Of a DNA stretch of 64,000 nucleotides, positions 18,259 to 28,586 are shown one piece after another (position 1 is the first letter of the stretch; each line of letters begins with the position of its first letter). Source of the stretch: an uncultured Bacteroidales bacterium (GTDB lineage: Bacteria > Bacteroidota > Bacteroidia > Bacteroidales > JAAYJT01); assembly GCA_964550455.1 (NCBI GenBank), contig CAZJZG010000008.1:12486-76485 (forward strand), written 5' to 3'. The position numbers and the translations under genes are program-made. Below the pieces are notes generated by a model that did not search any database, was not told the DNA's origin, and saw only the letters and a program-made list of their open reading frames with translations.

Positions 18259-19398
18259 ATGAACTTTGAATTCACCGAAGAACAACTAATGATTCGCCAG
18301 GCAGCCCGTGATTATGCTCAGCGCGAACTGATCGTTGACGTACTTGAACGCGACGAAAAAATGATTTATCCTGCCAGACACATCAAAAACCTTGCTGAGC
18401 TTGGCTTTCTCGGAATGCTTGTTGACCCCAGATATGATGGAGGAGGTATGGACACCATTAGTTATGTATTAGCTATGGAAGAAATATCAAAGGTTGATGC
18501 CAGCGTAAGTGTTATCATGTCAGTTAATAATTCGCTGGTATGTTATGGTATCCAGGAATATGGAACTGAAGAGCAAAAAGAAAAATATCTTAAACCCCTG
18601 GCTCGTGGCGAAAAAATAGGAGCTTTTCTGTTGTCAGAACCTGAAGCCGGTTCTGATGCGACAAGCCAAAAAACAACTGCCGAAGACAAAGGCGACTATT
18701 ATTTGCTGAACGGAACAAAAAACTGGATTACTAACGGAAATACAGCAGGAACTTATCTTGTTGTTGCTCAAACCCATCCTGAGCTAAGGCATCGTGGTAT
18801 CAATGTTTTCATTGTTGATCGTCATTCTTCCGGCATCAGCGTAGGTCCTCATGAAGATAAAATGGGAATGCGCAGCAGTGATACTCACTCAGTGATGTTC
18901 AATGATGTGAAGGTTCCAAAAGAAAACCGTATAGGTGAAGATGGTTTTGGGTTTAAATTTGCTATGAAAACCCTTGAAGGCGGACGTATTGGCATTGCAG
19001 CCCAGGCTTTGGGTATTGCAGCCGGAGCTTACGAAAGAGCAGTTCAATATGCAAAAGAACGTAAAGCCTTTGGTACTGAGATTGCAAACCACCAGGCTAT
19101 AGCTTTCAAACTTGCCGATATGGCTGTTAAAATTGAAAATGCCCGTAACCTTTGCCTTAAAGCTGCATGGCTTAAAGATAATCATAAGCCTTTTGGTGTA
19201 GTCAGCGCAATGGCAAAACTATATGCTGCTGATATAGCTATGGAAGTTACTACTGAGGCTGTTCAGATACATGGCGGATACGGTTATGTAAAAGAATATC
19301 ATGTTGAACGCCTGATGCGTGAAGCTAAGTTAACCCAGATTTATGAAGGAACATCAGAAATCCAGAAAATTGTTATTTCAAGGGATGTTTTGAAATAA
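18259..19398 (+). CDS. Acyl-CoA dehydrogenase (short-chain/butyryl-CoA type)
   Basis: LSEPEAGSDA, NGTKNWITNG, KMGMRSSDT, GGRIGIAAQALG, QIHGGYGY and IYEGTSEIQ motifs. Confidence 0.95.
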   Translation: MNFEFTEEQLMIRQAARDYAQRELIVDVLERDEKMIYPARHIKNLAELGFLGMLVDPRYDGGGMDTISYVLAMEEISKVDASVSVIMSVNNSLVCYGIQEYGTEEQKEKYLKPLARGEKIGAFLLSEPEAGSDATSQKTTAEDKGDYYLLNGTKNWITNGNTAGTYLVVAQTHPELRHRGINVFIVDRHSSGISVGPHEDKMGMRSSDTHSVMFNDVKVPKENRIGEDGFGFKFAMKTLEGGRIGIAAQALGIAAGAYERAVQYAKERKAFGTEIANHQAIAFKLADMAVKIENARNLCLKAAWLKDNHKPFGVVSAMAKLYAADIAMEVTTEAVQIHGGYGYVKEYHVERLMREAKLTQIYEGTSEIQKIVISRDVLK

Positions 19399-19488
19399 GC
19401 GGAAGTTGAGTATTTCGTTTAAACATTAATATTTCTGTTTCCAGAACCAATTTTTTAATCCAGAATCAATAAATATTTACCAATAATC

Positions 19489-20232
19489 ATGAAAATTTTA
19501 GTTTGTATAAGCAATGTTCCTGATACAACCACAAAAATTGTGATCGGTACAGATGGCAAAAACATTAATACGGCCGGAATACAATGGATTATCAATCCAT
19601 GGGACGAACTTGCCCTGACCCGTGCTCTGGAATTAAAAGATGCCGGTAAAATCAGTGAAGTCGTTGTTGCTAATGTTGGTACTGCCATTACTGAAGCCAC
19701 TCTGCGCAAATCACTGGCTACCGGTGCCGACAGAGCTATCAGGGTAAATACAGAACCCGCCGATGCCTGGACAGTAGCATCAAATCTTGCTGAAGTTGTT
19801 AAAAACGAGCCTTTTGATATTATACTTTGTGGTATTGAATCAAGCGATCATAATGGTTCTTCAGTAGGAGGCTTACTTGCAGGAATGCTTGATCTTAATT
19901 TAATTTCTTCAGTCTCAGGTCTTGATATTGAAAATGAGAAACTGACAGTACAACGTGAAATTGACGGAGGGAAAGAAATACTCGAAACTCAGGGACCTGT
20001 ATTACTGGTGATTCAAAAGGGAATTGCCATAGTACCCCGTATTCCTTCAATGCGTGGTATTATGCAGGCAAGGACCAAACCATTGCAAATTGTTGAAGCC
20101 ACAAGTTCTGAAAGCATGACGGAAACAATCCAGGTTACATTACCTCCTGAAAAGGGAAAATGTAAAATGATTGATGCTGAAAATGCCGGTGAAGTTATCA
20201 GGTTGCTCAGAGAAGAAGCTAAAGTACTGTAA
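19489..20232 (+). CDS. etfB: Electron transfer flavoprotein beta subunit
   Basis: ILVCISNVPDT, INPWDELAL, GADRA and PRIPSMRGIM motifs. Confidence 0.92.
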   Translation: MKILVCISNVPDTTTKIVIGTDGKNINTAGIQWIINPWDELALTRALELKDAGKISEVVVANVGTAITEATLRKSLATGADRAIRVNTEPADAWTVASNLAEVVKNEPFDIILCGIESSDHNGSSVGGLLAGMLDLNLISSVSGLDIENEKLTVQREIDGGKEILETQGPVLLVIQKGIAIVPRIPSMRGIMQARTKPLQIVEATSSESMTETIQVTLPPEKGKCKMIDAENAGEVIRLLREEAKVL

Positions 20233-20333
20233 ATAAAGTCTGAAGATAAAAAACGTTAGAATAAAAATCCCTTTTTTAGTGTTCAAATAACCAAAAGTTG
20301 ATTACACACATTTTTTAAATACCAAAATTCAAA

Positions 20334-21299
20334 ATGAACATTTTAATATATACAGAAACCCGTGAAGGAAGTTTTAAAAAACAAGGCTTTGAACTGATCT
20401 CGTATGCAAAAGCGTTAAGCGGCATGACAGGAGGAAAAGTCATATCACTCACCATTGGTAAAATAGCTGATGAAGAATTAAAGAAAGCTGCTGATTACGG
20501 CGCTTCACGAATAATTGCTCTCGAAGCTGATCAATTACCGGACAACAGGAATCTTTCGAAACTATTAATACAGTGGATTAAGCAAGCTAATGCAAAAGTG
20601 ATATTATTTGCCGACAATAATACAGGCAAAGCAATTGCACCGTTTGTTGCCGCCGGATTGAAAGCAGGCATAGCAACCGGAATTACAGGTTTACCGGAAA
20701 AAACTGATCCGTTTACTGTTACCAGAAAAATATACTCAGGAAAGGCTTTGGCTAAGATTCAGGTAAAAAGTCATTATAAAATATTACTTCTTGCTGCCAA
20801 TACTTTTGGGATCAATAACGACCCTGTTGTTCCCGTGATCGAAAGACATAATGTAGAAGCAGAATATTTTGAGTCGCCTAATAAAATCATTAGCACTGAA
20901 AAACAAACCGAAAAAACACTGTTAAGCGAAGCAGAAATTGTGGTTTCAGCAGGCAGAGGCATGAAAAGCCCCGATAATTGGGGTAGCATCGAAGAACTGG
21001 CTCAGATTCTTGGCGCTGCAACAGCATGTTCCCGTCCGGTTTCTGATGAAGGGTGGCGTCCGCATGGCGAACATGTAGGGCAAACCGGAAAGGTCATAAA
21101 CCCCAATATTTATTTTGCTTTTGGTATTTCAGGTGCCATACAGCATGTTGCAGGAATCAGCGGTTCTAAAGTTATTATAGCAGTGAATAAAGATCATGAA
21201 GCGCCAATTTTCAATGTTGCTGATTATGGCATTGTTGGAGATGTTAATCAGGTTCTTCCTAAAATGATAGAAGCAGCCCGAAAGATAAAAACTGAATAG
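20334..21299 (+). CDS. etfA: Electron transfer flavoprotein alpha subunit
   Basis: VVSAGRGM, ACSRP, VGQTG, GISGAIQHVAG and AVNKD...IF motifs. Confidence 0.94.
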   Translation: MNILIYTETREGSFKKQGFELISYAKALSGMTGGKVISLTIGKIADEELKKAADYGASRIIALEADQLPDNRNLSKLLIQWIKQANAKVILFADNNTGKAIAPFVAAGLKAGIATGITGLPEKTDPFTVTRKIYSGKALAKIQVKSHYKILLLAANTFGINNDPVVPVIERHNVEAEYFESPNKIISTEKQTEKTLLSEAEIVVSAGRGMKSPDNWGSIEELAQILGAATACSRPVSDEGWRPHGEHVGQTGKVINPNIYFAFGISGAIQHVAGISGSKVIIAVNKDHEAPIFNVADYGIVGDVNQVLPKMIEAARKIKTE

Positions 21300-21525
21300 A
21301 GTATCCGGTTCTTAATAATCGGGTTTAACCAATGAGCCAAATTAAATTGATTATCAGAACCTGTTAAATAAATGAATATGACTATGTTATTCGATTAATC
21401 AGCATTGTTTAAATGTTTAATGTGAAATTTTTCAGATTGGGAAATATAATTGGTAGTTAATAATTGAAAATCAGCTCTAAAACCTCGAGCTATCATATAA
21501 TCCAAAATCTGAAGAGAGTGGGATG

Positions 21526-21561
21526 AAGCTGTCTCTGTTTTATTTCAAGGCAGCTTTTTTG
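21526..21561 (+). terminator. Intrinsic terminator about 225 bp after etfA
   Basis: 9-bp stem aagctgtct/aggcagctt followed by a T-run. Confidence 0.6.
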
Positions 21562-21615
21562 TTTCTGCAATGTCTGACGTTATAGTGTAATTTATGTCAG
21601 GTTACACTTTTTGCG

Positions 21616-21623
21616 TACTTTTG
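21616..21623 (+). promoter_or_regulatory. -7 promoter element (TACTTTTG) of pheT
   Basis: TAnnTTTG match 38 bp upstream of ATG 21661. Confidence 0.55.
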
Positions 21624-21660
21624 TCGGCTTCAAAAACTAATCTTGTATCAGAACCAGAAT

Positions 21661-24135
21661 ATGAAAGTATCTGTAAATAAGCTTAAAGAGTACACAGGCA
21701 TTGATGCATCTCCTGAAATTATTGCCCAAATACTAACAAATTGCGGACTTGAAGTTGAAGGCACTGAAATTTTTGAAAGTGTAAAAGGCGGCTTGGCCGG
21801 AATTGTCATAGGTGAAGTAAGGGAATGCGTAAAACATCCTAATGCTGATAAATTAAGCCTTACAAAAGTTGATGTAGGCGGTGAACGTTTGCTCGATATT
21901 GTTTGTGGTGCTCCCAATGTTGCTGCCGGGCAGAAAGTTTTGGTAGCAGTTGAAGGAACTACCCTTACTATGGGTGAAACATCATTTACCATTAAGAAAA
22001 CCAAAATCCGTGGAGAATCCTCTGAAGGCATGATATGTGCTGAAGATGAGGTAGGATTAGGCGATTCGCATGAAGGAATTATGGTTCTGCCCGATGACGT
22101 AAGCGTTGGAATGCCTGCCTCATCATATTTCAATGTGAACCGGGATACCATTCTTGAAATTGGACTTACTCCGAACCGCTCTGACGCAACTTCACATATT
22201 GGTGTTGCCCGAGATCTTGTAGCCGCATGGAACACAATGCATTTTTCAGAACCTGAAAAACATATTGAACTCAAATTACCTGATATTTCTGAATTTAAAG
22301 TTGATAATCATGATCTTCCAATCAGGGTAAGTATTGAAGATGCTAAAGCTTGTCCTCGATATTCAGGAATTACAATTAGTGGGGTAAGTGTTAAGGAATC
22401 ACCGCAATGGTTACAGGATTTTCTAAGATCAGTTGGTGTTCGCCCAATAAATAATATTGTGGATATTACCAATTTTGTACTATTTGAGTTAGGACAACCA
22501 CTTCATGCTTTTGACACAAAATATATCAGCGGAAATCAGGTAATAGTAAAGCATTTGTCTGAAGGAAGCCTTTTTATTACCCTTGATGAGATAGAACGCA
22601 GGCTTAAAGCTACTGACCTGATGATATGTAACGATAGCGAAGGAATGTGTATTGCAGGCGTGTTTGGCGGGATAAAATCAGGGATAACTGAAAATTCCAG
22701 GGATATTTTCCTTGAGAGTGCATATTTTAATCCAGTAAGTGTTCGTAAAACCTCAAAACATCACGGATTAAAGACTGATGCTTCTTTTCGTTTCGAACGC
22801 GGTACCGATCCCAATATCACAGTTTACGCACTGAAACGGGCTGCAATGCTGATAAAAGAAATTACAGGCGCAAATATCTCTTCGGAAATTGAGGACATTT
22901 ATCCTGAAGTGATAATTCCTGTCCAAATCCTGGTAAAATATCAAAATATTGAGCGCCTGATCGGTAAAACTATTGAGCGTGAGATCATACATAAAATCCT
23001 GCACTGGCTCGGCATTAAGATCACTGCTCATGACGATGAGTCAATGTGGGTTGCTATTCCTACATATAAAACTGATGTTCAGAGAGAAGCAGACGTTATT
23101 GAAGAAATACTTCGCATATATGGCTATAATAATATTGAGTACGATAGTTCGCTACGTTCTTCTATTTCTGTTTCTGAAAAACCTGACCGTCACAGGGTGA
23201 AAAACACCGTAGCTGATTATCTGGCATCAAATGGTTTTTCGGAGATCATGTGTAACTCGCTTACCAAATCAGCTTACAGTCAGATATTTCCGTTTATTGA
23301 CGATTCAAAACATGTCAGAATTTTAAATCCTATCAGCCGCGATCTTGATGTAATGCGACAAACCCTTCTTTTTGGAGGATTGGAAACCATTGTATTCAAC
23401 ATACATCATAAAACACTTGACATGAAGCTGTTCGAATTTGGTTCGGAATACAAGCTTCAAAGCATTGAAACAAATACCCGCAATAATCTTGCAAAATATA
23501 ATGAGCATCAAAAGCTGGCAGTTTTCATCAGTGGAAATAAAAGTCCTGAATCATGGTACGTGAAAGAAGAAAAATCTGACTTCTTTCAGCTCAAGGCAAT
23601 AGTGCATGCGCTGTTACAACGTATTGGAATTAGCTCGGATAATTATGAAATTTCTGAAACTGATAATTCTTTGTTTGATTATGGTTTAAGCCTTATTTCA
23701 CAAAAACATGAATTTGCCAGATATGGAAGGCTTAAGAACAGTATTTTAGATCATTTTGATATAAGCCAGGAAGTATTTTATGCAGAAATTGACTGGGGGT
23801 TTTGTTTGAAAACAATTGCCGGAATTCCGCCACTGCGTTTTACTGAGATACCGCGTTTCCCCACAGTTCGCCGCGACATGGCCTTACTCCTCGATGAAGA
23901 AGTGAAATACAGCGATATAGAAAAACTTGCCATAGCAAATGGTGGGCGGCTTTTACAAAACATCAATCTGTTTGATGTTTATGAAGGTGAAAATATCGAA
24001 GCCGGTAAAAAGTCGTATGCCATAAGCTTTTTCCTGCGCGACGATAGCAAAACATTGAAAGATGAAGAAACTGACAAATTTGTGGAAAAACTAAAACGGA
24101 TATTCGAAAAGGAGTTGGGAGCCAGATTAAGATAA
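21661..24135 (+). CDS. pheT: Phenylalanyl-tRNA synthetase beta subunit
   Basis: KHPNADKL, VCGAPN, SEGMIC, TPNRSD, RPINNIVDITN, RFERG and C-terminal FDX-ACB (RFPTVRRD...KKSYA). Start set at ATG 21661. Confidence 0.97.
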   Translation: MKVSVNKLKEYTGIDASPEIIAQILTNCGLEVEGTEIFESVKGGLAGIVIGEVRECVKHPNADKLSLTKVDVGGERLLDIVCGAPNVAAGQKVLVAVEGTTLTMGETSFTIKKTKIRGESSEGMICAEDEVGLGDSHEGIMVLPDDVSVGMPASSYFNVNRDTILEIGLTPNRSDATSHIGVARDLVAAWNTMHFSEPEKHIELKLPDISEFKVDNHDLPIRVSIEDAKACPRYSGITISGVSVKESPQWLQDFLRSVGVRPINNIVDITNFVLFELGQPLHAFDTKYISGNQVIVKHLSEGSLFITLDEIERRLKATDLMICNDSEGMCIAGVFGGIKSGITENSRDIFLESAYFNPVSVRKTSKHHGLKTDASFRFERGTDPNITVYALKRAAMLIKEITGANISSEIEDIYPEVIIPVQILVKYQNIERLIGKTIEREIIHKILHWLGIKITAHDDESMWVAIPTYKTDVQREADVIEEILRIYGYNNIEYDSSLRSSISVSEKPDRHRVKNTVADYLASNGFSEIMCNSLTKSAYSQIFPFIDDSKHVRILNPISRDLDVMRQTLLFGGLETIVFNIHHKTLDMKLFEFGSEYKLQSIETNTRNNLAKYNEHQKLAVFISGNKSPESWYVKEEKSDFFQLKAIVHALLQRIGISSDNYEISETDNSLFDYGLSLISQKHEFARYGRLKNSILDHFDISQEVFYAEIDWGFCLKTIAGIPPLRFTEIPRFPTVRRDMALLLDEEVKYSDIEKLAIANGGRLLQNINLFDVYEGENIEAGKKSYAISFFLRDDSKTLKDEETDKFVEKLKRIFEKELGARLR

Positions 24136-24267
24136 GAAGAAAGAAGTGGGATAAGAAAGTAATGTAAGTCAGATCGGTAATATTATATAAAAAGCTTAAA
24201 TATAATAAGTTAAAAATTAAATTCACTCTTTAAAAGTATCATATTTATTTACTAAAAAATTTTTTTA

Positions 24268-25917
24268 ATGGAAAATAAAATTTCTTATTCAATAAACCCG
24301 GCTGGAGAGAAATTTCCGCTGCCACTGAAAAACGAATACGATCAGGAGTTTAAACGTGTGCAGAAATTAGTAGAAAAAGCTCGCAACGAAGGTAAAGAAA
24401 TAGTCGTGGTTATGGGTCTTGGCTTCGTTGGTGCAGTTATGGCTGCAATTGTTGCTGACACCACTGATGAAAATGGAAATAACACCAAATTTGTAATAGG
24501 ATGCCAGAGGCCAAGTACACGCAGCTACTGGAAAATTCCTATGCTCAACAAAGGCATCTCTCCTGTAAAAGCCGAAGATCCCGAAGTAGAAAAAATAATT
24601 CATCGCACTGTAGTTGAAAAACAAACCTTAGTAGCAACATATAACAGCGATTGCCTGAAACTTGCTGATTGCGTGGTTGTTGACGTTCAATGCGATTATG
24701 CAAAACAGGAACTCGGGAATATGCGTTCCGGCGAAGCTGATATGGCAGCTTTGGAAGCTACAATGAAAACAATTGGAGAAAAAATTCCCCCACACTGTCT
24801 GGTATTAATTGAAACCACTGTTGCTCCGGGCACTACAGAGTTTGTAGCCTGGCCAATTCTGAAAAAGGCTTTCGCAAAAAGAAAAATAAATTCTGTTCCA
24901 ATACTTGCCCACAGTTTTGAACGGGTTATGCCCGGTCGTGAATATGTATCGAGTATTCGTGATTTCTGGAGGGTTTGTTCCGGCTGTAATACCGAAGCAC
25001 GTAATAGGGTCGAAAAATTCCTTCATGAGGTTCTGAACACCAAAGATTATCCTTTAACCGTAATGGATCGCCCAATTGAATCAGAAACCACCAAAATTGT
25101 TGAAAATTCATATCGTGCTACTATTCTTGCTTATCTGAACGAGTGGAGTCTCTTTGCCGAACGCAACGGCGTTGACCTTATAAAGGTGATAAATGCAATA
25201 AAGATGAGACCTACCCACAGTAATATGATCTTCCCGGGTCCCGGTATTGGTGGCTATTGCCTTCCCAAAGATGGTGGGCTGGGTTATTGGGCTTACCGCC
25301 ATATCCTTGGATTTGAAGATGGTGATGATGTTTTCAGAATTACACCTACAGCCATTGATATTAACGATACACGTTCATTGCATGTAACACAGCTTGTCCG
25401 TGATGCATTACGTAATATGTCGCGCTATATTGCCGGCTCAGAAGTACTATTGTGCGGAGCCAGTTACAGGCAGGATGTTGGGGATACAAGATACAGCGGG
25501 AGTGAGCTTATTGTAAGAAGACTTACTGAAATGGGTGCCGATATGAAAGTGCATGATCCTTATGTTGAACATTGGTACGAACTTGAAAACCAGGATGAAT
25601 ATCCAGCGCCGGGACAATCATGGGGAAGGTTTTTCAGAAATCAGGAACACCTGAAAGAAACAACTGTTTTGAAAAACCTGCCTGAAGCACTTAAAGGCGT
25701 TGAAGCTATGATCCTTGCAGTACCCCACGAAGAATATATTAACCTCAATCCCGATGATATAGTAAAGTGGGCAGGACAAGCTATCGCCGTAATTGACTGT
25801 TTTGGAATATTAAGTGATGATAGGATCAGACGATATTTAGAATTGGGCTGTGAAGTAAAGGCACTTGGACGCGGTCATATTCAGCGCCTTAAGAAAGAAA
25901 TAAAAAATAAGGAATAA
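24268..25917 (+). CDS. Nucleotide-sugar dehydrogenase (UDP-glucose/GDP-mannose dehydrogenase family)
   Basis: GLGFVG Rossmann motif, ETT, KIVENSYR, GPGIGGYCLPKD (catalytic Cys), YRQDVGDTR and VHDP. Confidence 0.9.
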   Translation: MENKISYSINPAGEKFPLPLKNEYDQEFKRVQKLVEKARNEGKEIVVVMGLGFVGAVMAAIVADTTDENGNNTKFVIGCQRPSTRSYWKIPMLNKGISPVKAEDPEVEKIIHRTVVEKQTLVATYNSDCLKLADCVVVDVQCDYAKQELGNMRSGEADMAALEATMKTIGEKIPPHCLVLIETTVAPGTTEFVAWPILKKAFAKRKINSVPILAHSFERVMPGREYVSSIRDFWRVCSGCNTEARNRVEKFLHEVLNTKDYPLTVMDRPIESETTKIVENSYRATILAYLNEWSLFAERNGVDLIKVINAIKMRPTHSNMIFPGPGIGGYCLPKDGGLGYWAYRHILGFEDGDDVFRITPTAIDINDTRSLHVTQLVRDALRNMSRYIAGSEVLLCGASYRQDVGDTRYSGSELIVRRLTEMGADMKVHDPYVEHWYELENQDEYPAPGQSWGRFFRNQEHLKETTVLKNLPEALKGVEAMILAVPHEEYINLNPDDIVKWAGQAIAVIDCFGILSDDRIRRYLELGCEVKALGRGHIQRLKKEIKNKE

Positions 25918-25938
25918 AACAATTCCTGTATCACAACT

Positions 25939-25968
25939 ATTACTGCTCCTGTGGTTTGCGGCAGTAAT
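25939..25968. terminator. Hairpin between convergent genes, possible bidirectional terminator
   Basis: Stem attactgc/gcagtaat; overlaps the last fbp codons. Confidence 0.45.
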
Positions 25969-26998
25969 CGCAGTATATTCCTTTGGGACGACCAGAGTTT
26001 TCAAGGAACAGGCTCATAAATTCCATTGCCTTGTCAACCATTAACACCGAGCCTGTAAAGAACGGAACACGCTGATGCAAACTTTGGGGCTTGATCTCAA
26101 GAATACGTTTGAAACCATCGGTAGCCTTGCCTCCGGCTTGCTCGGCTATAAAGCCCACCGGGTTACATTCGTATAACAAACGCAGTTTGCCATCAGGATT
26201 TTTCTCGGTACCCGGATATATGTATATTCCTCCACGGATCATATTGCGATGAAAATCGGCTACTAACGAACCTATATAACGTGTTGAATAAGGACGGTTT
26301 GTACTTTTATCATGTTCCTGACAGTAATTAATATACTTCTTTACTCCTTCAGGAAAATAAATATAGTTAGCCTCATTTATTGAATACATAGCACCATATT
26401 CCGGAATTTTCATATCGGGATGCGACAACAGGAAAAGCCCTACTGAAGGGTCATAGGTAAAACCATTAACACCTTTTCCGGTAGTATAAACCAACATAGT
26501 AGAAGAACCATAGGTAATATAACCAGCTGCATGTTGCTCTACTCCGGGTTGCAGCAAATCTTCAATTGTTGCCCTGGTACCAACAGGCGAAATACGTTGA
26601 TAAACTGAAAAAATACTTCCAACAGGCACATTGACTTCAATATTACTTGAACCATCAAGGGGGTCAATTGCAACCACGTATTTACCCTTCATTGAAAATT
26701 CATCATCGAAAATAACAGGTTCTTCAAGTTCTTCCGAAACAATTGCACAGCACTGCCCGCCATTTTTCAATGCTTTGATAAAATGCTGATCGGCAAAAAC
26801 ATCCAATTTTTTCTGAACCTCACCCTGAACATTGCTTTCACCCGATTCTCCCAGAATATCAGTAAGTCCGGCTTTAGTTAATTCACGGTTTACAATTTTT
26901 GCTGCAATAGTCAGGTCGTTGATAAGCCGGGTAAATTCACCGGTGGCATAAGGAATTTCACATTGTTTTTGATGTATGAACTCAATAAGTGTCTTCAT
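25940..26998 (-). CDS. fbp: Fructose-1,6-bisphosphatase class 1
   Basis: MKTLIEFI start, [41 protein letters not shown] and EQAGG motifs. Confidence 0.96.
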   Translation of the reverse strand: MKTLIEFIHQKQCEIPYATGEFTRLINDLTIAAKIVNRELTKAGLTDILGESGESNVQGEVQKKLDVFADQHFIKALKNGGQCCAIVSEELEEPVIFDDEFSMKGKYVVAIDPLDGSSNIEVNVPVGSIFSVYQRISPVGTRATIEDLLQPGVEQHAAGYITYGSSTMLVYTTGKGVNGFTYDPSVGLFLLSHPDMKIPEYGAMYSINEANYIYFPEGVKKYINYCQEHDKSTNRPYSTRYIGSLVADFHRNMIRGGIYIYPGTEKNPDGKLRLLYECNPVGFIAEQAGGKATDGFKRILEIKPQSLHQRVPFFTGSVLMVDKAMEFMSLFLENSGRPKGIYCDYCRKPQEQ

Positions 26999-27124
26999 AG
27001 TAATTGACGGTTTTAAAGCTGCAAAAATAAACAAACCTGATGATGTAATGCTTTTTCAGATCAGAACCGAAGAAGAATTTGTGATTTACTTTAAAAAAGT
27101 TAGTGAAGATTATAATCCTGTAAA

Positions 27125-28219
27125 TTATTCTTCTTTTTTGTTAAGGATTTCAGTTTGTATCCTGATTGATTCTTTATGAACCAGTTGCAAAATGTGAAGT
27201 AAAAAATCCCTGTTCATTCCATGTTTTCCTGCAGTTTCAAGCCTGCTGTTAATAAGCTCACGCCATCGCTCTATCTGCAGGATCGTAATATTATGATCAC
27301 GTTTATATTCACCCATTTCATGAACTATTTTCATTCGTTTGGCCAATATTTCAATCAACTGAGTGTCAATAATATCAATTTTCAATCTGAGCTCTTCAAG
27401 AATATTACTGAATTCTGGGCTGCCCTTCTCAATACGGATCGTGAGATCAATAAGAATCTTTGCCAGAGTTTCCGGAAGTATCTGCTGATTGCTGTCAGTA
27501 AGTGCCTTGTCAGGGTTATTATGAGTTTCAATCATTAGCCCGTCCATTTCAAGATCAAGGGCTTTTTGCGAAACTTCAGCAATCAGATAACGATTTCCAC
27601 AAATATGACTTGGATCGCAAAATATTGGCAAACCAGGCATCAGACGCATCAGTTCAATGGGAATTTCCCACCTCGGATTATTACGGTATGGTCCTTCATC
27701 GAAGCAATGAAATCCTCTATGCACAGCAGCAAGCTTAGTGATGCCTGCCTGATAAAAGCGTTCCAGAGCTCCAAGCCAGAGTTTAAGATCGGGGTTAAGC
27801 GGATTTTTTACTAACACAGGTATATCAGTACCGGTAAGAACCTCAGCAAGTTCCTGTATCGAAAACGGATTTCCGGTTGTACGTGCTCCAATCCAAAGAA
27901 TATCCATTCCATATTTTAAAGCCAGCTCAATATGAGCAGGTTTAGCTACTTCAACTGCAATTTTTAAACCTGTTTCCTGCTGAACCACCTGCATCCACTT
28001 TAAACCTTCCTCTCCCACCCCTTCAAATGCAGATGGACGGGTACGCGGTTTCCAGATACCAGCACGCATAGCTTTTACCTGAGGAATAAGAGCCAGTTGC
28101 CGCGCTATATCCAATACCTGTTCCCTGGATTCGGCACTGCACGGACCACTTATTACCGTGGGACGTTCATAATCTCCAAGCCATGAACTAAGAGGCTGTA
28201 TGACATAGGTTTCGCTCAT
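27125..28219 (-). CDS. Bifunctional DAHP synthase (I-beta) / chorismate mutase
   Basis: GPCSAES, RAGIWKPRTRP, WIGART, VKNP and DPSH motifs plus a C-terminal CM domain (LRLKIDIID...KRM...QIERW). Confidence 0.92.
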   Translation of the reverse strand: MSETYVIQPLSSWLGDYERPTVISGPCSAESREQVLDIARQLALIPQVKAMRAGIWKPRTRPSAFEGVGEEGLKWMQVVQQETGLKIAVEVAKPAHIELALKYGMDILWIGARTTGNPFSIQELAEVLTGTDIPVLVKNPLNPDLKLWLGALERFYQAGITKLAAVHRGFHCFDEGPYRNNPRWEIPIELMRLMPGLPIFCDPSHICGNRYLIAEVSQKALDLEMDGLMIETHNNPDKALTDSNQQILPETLAKILIDLTIRIEKGSPEFSNILEELRLKIDIIDTQLIEILAKRMKIVHEMGEYKRDHNITILQIERWRELINSRLETAGKHGMNRDFLLHILQLVHKESIRIQTEILNKKEE

Positions 28220-28225
28220 AAGCGG

Positions 28226-28233
28226 CAAAATTA
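28226..28233 (-). promoter_or_regulatory. -7 element (TAATTTTG) 7 nt upstream of the DAHP/CM ATG
   Basis: TAnnTTTG match; near-leaderless geometry. Confidence 0.5.
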
Positions 28234-28549
28234 CTCATTTAAAATTCCTATGTTATTAAATAACTTCAATAAAAATTATTCGTAAGCATCAAAACCATCA
28301 TTAACCATCTTCTTATTATTGAACTCAAAACAGTAATAAAAAACCATCTTGACCCGGGATAAAATCTCATTATGTGGAGATCTGGCAAATATGCTAGTTC
28401 AAAGCTTTACTCTACATAATAAGCTCTGCAAAATTCCGAAAATTGAGTTCAGAAAATCCTTATTCAATTTCTGACAAGGCAAATCAGCTTATTCCATAAG
28501 CTCAAAACAATACAATTTCATCACTGCTTCGAAACATCTCAGAAATCCA

Positions 28550-28557
28550 TATCTTTG
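28550..28557 (+). promoter_or_regulatory. -7 element (TATCTTTG) of the AOS-TDH operon
   Basis: TAnnTTTG match 30 bp upstream of 28587. Confidence 0.55.
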
Positions 28558-28586
28558 CAGCACTAAAAATTTCAAATTATTGAGTT

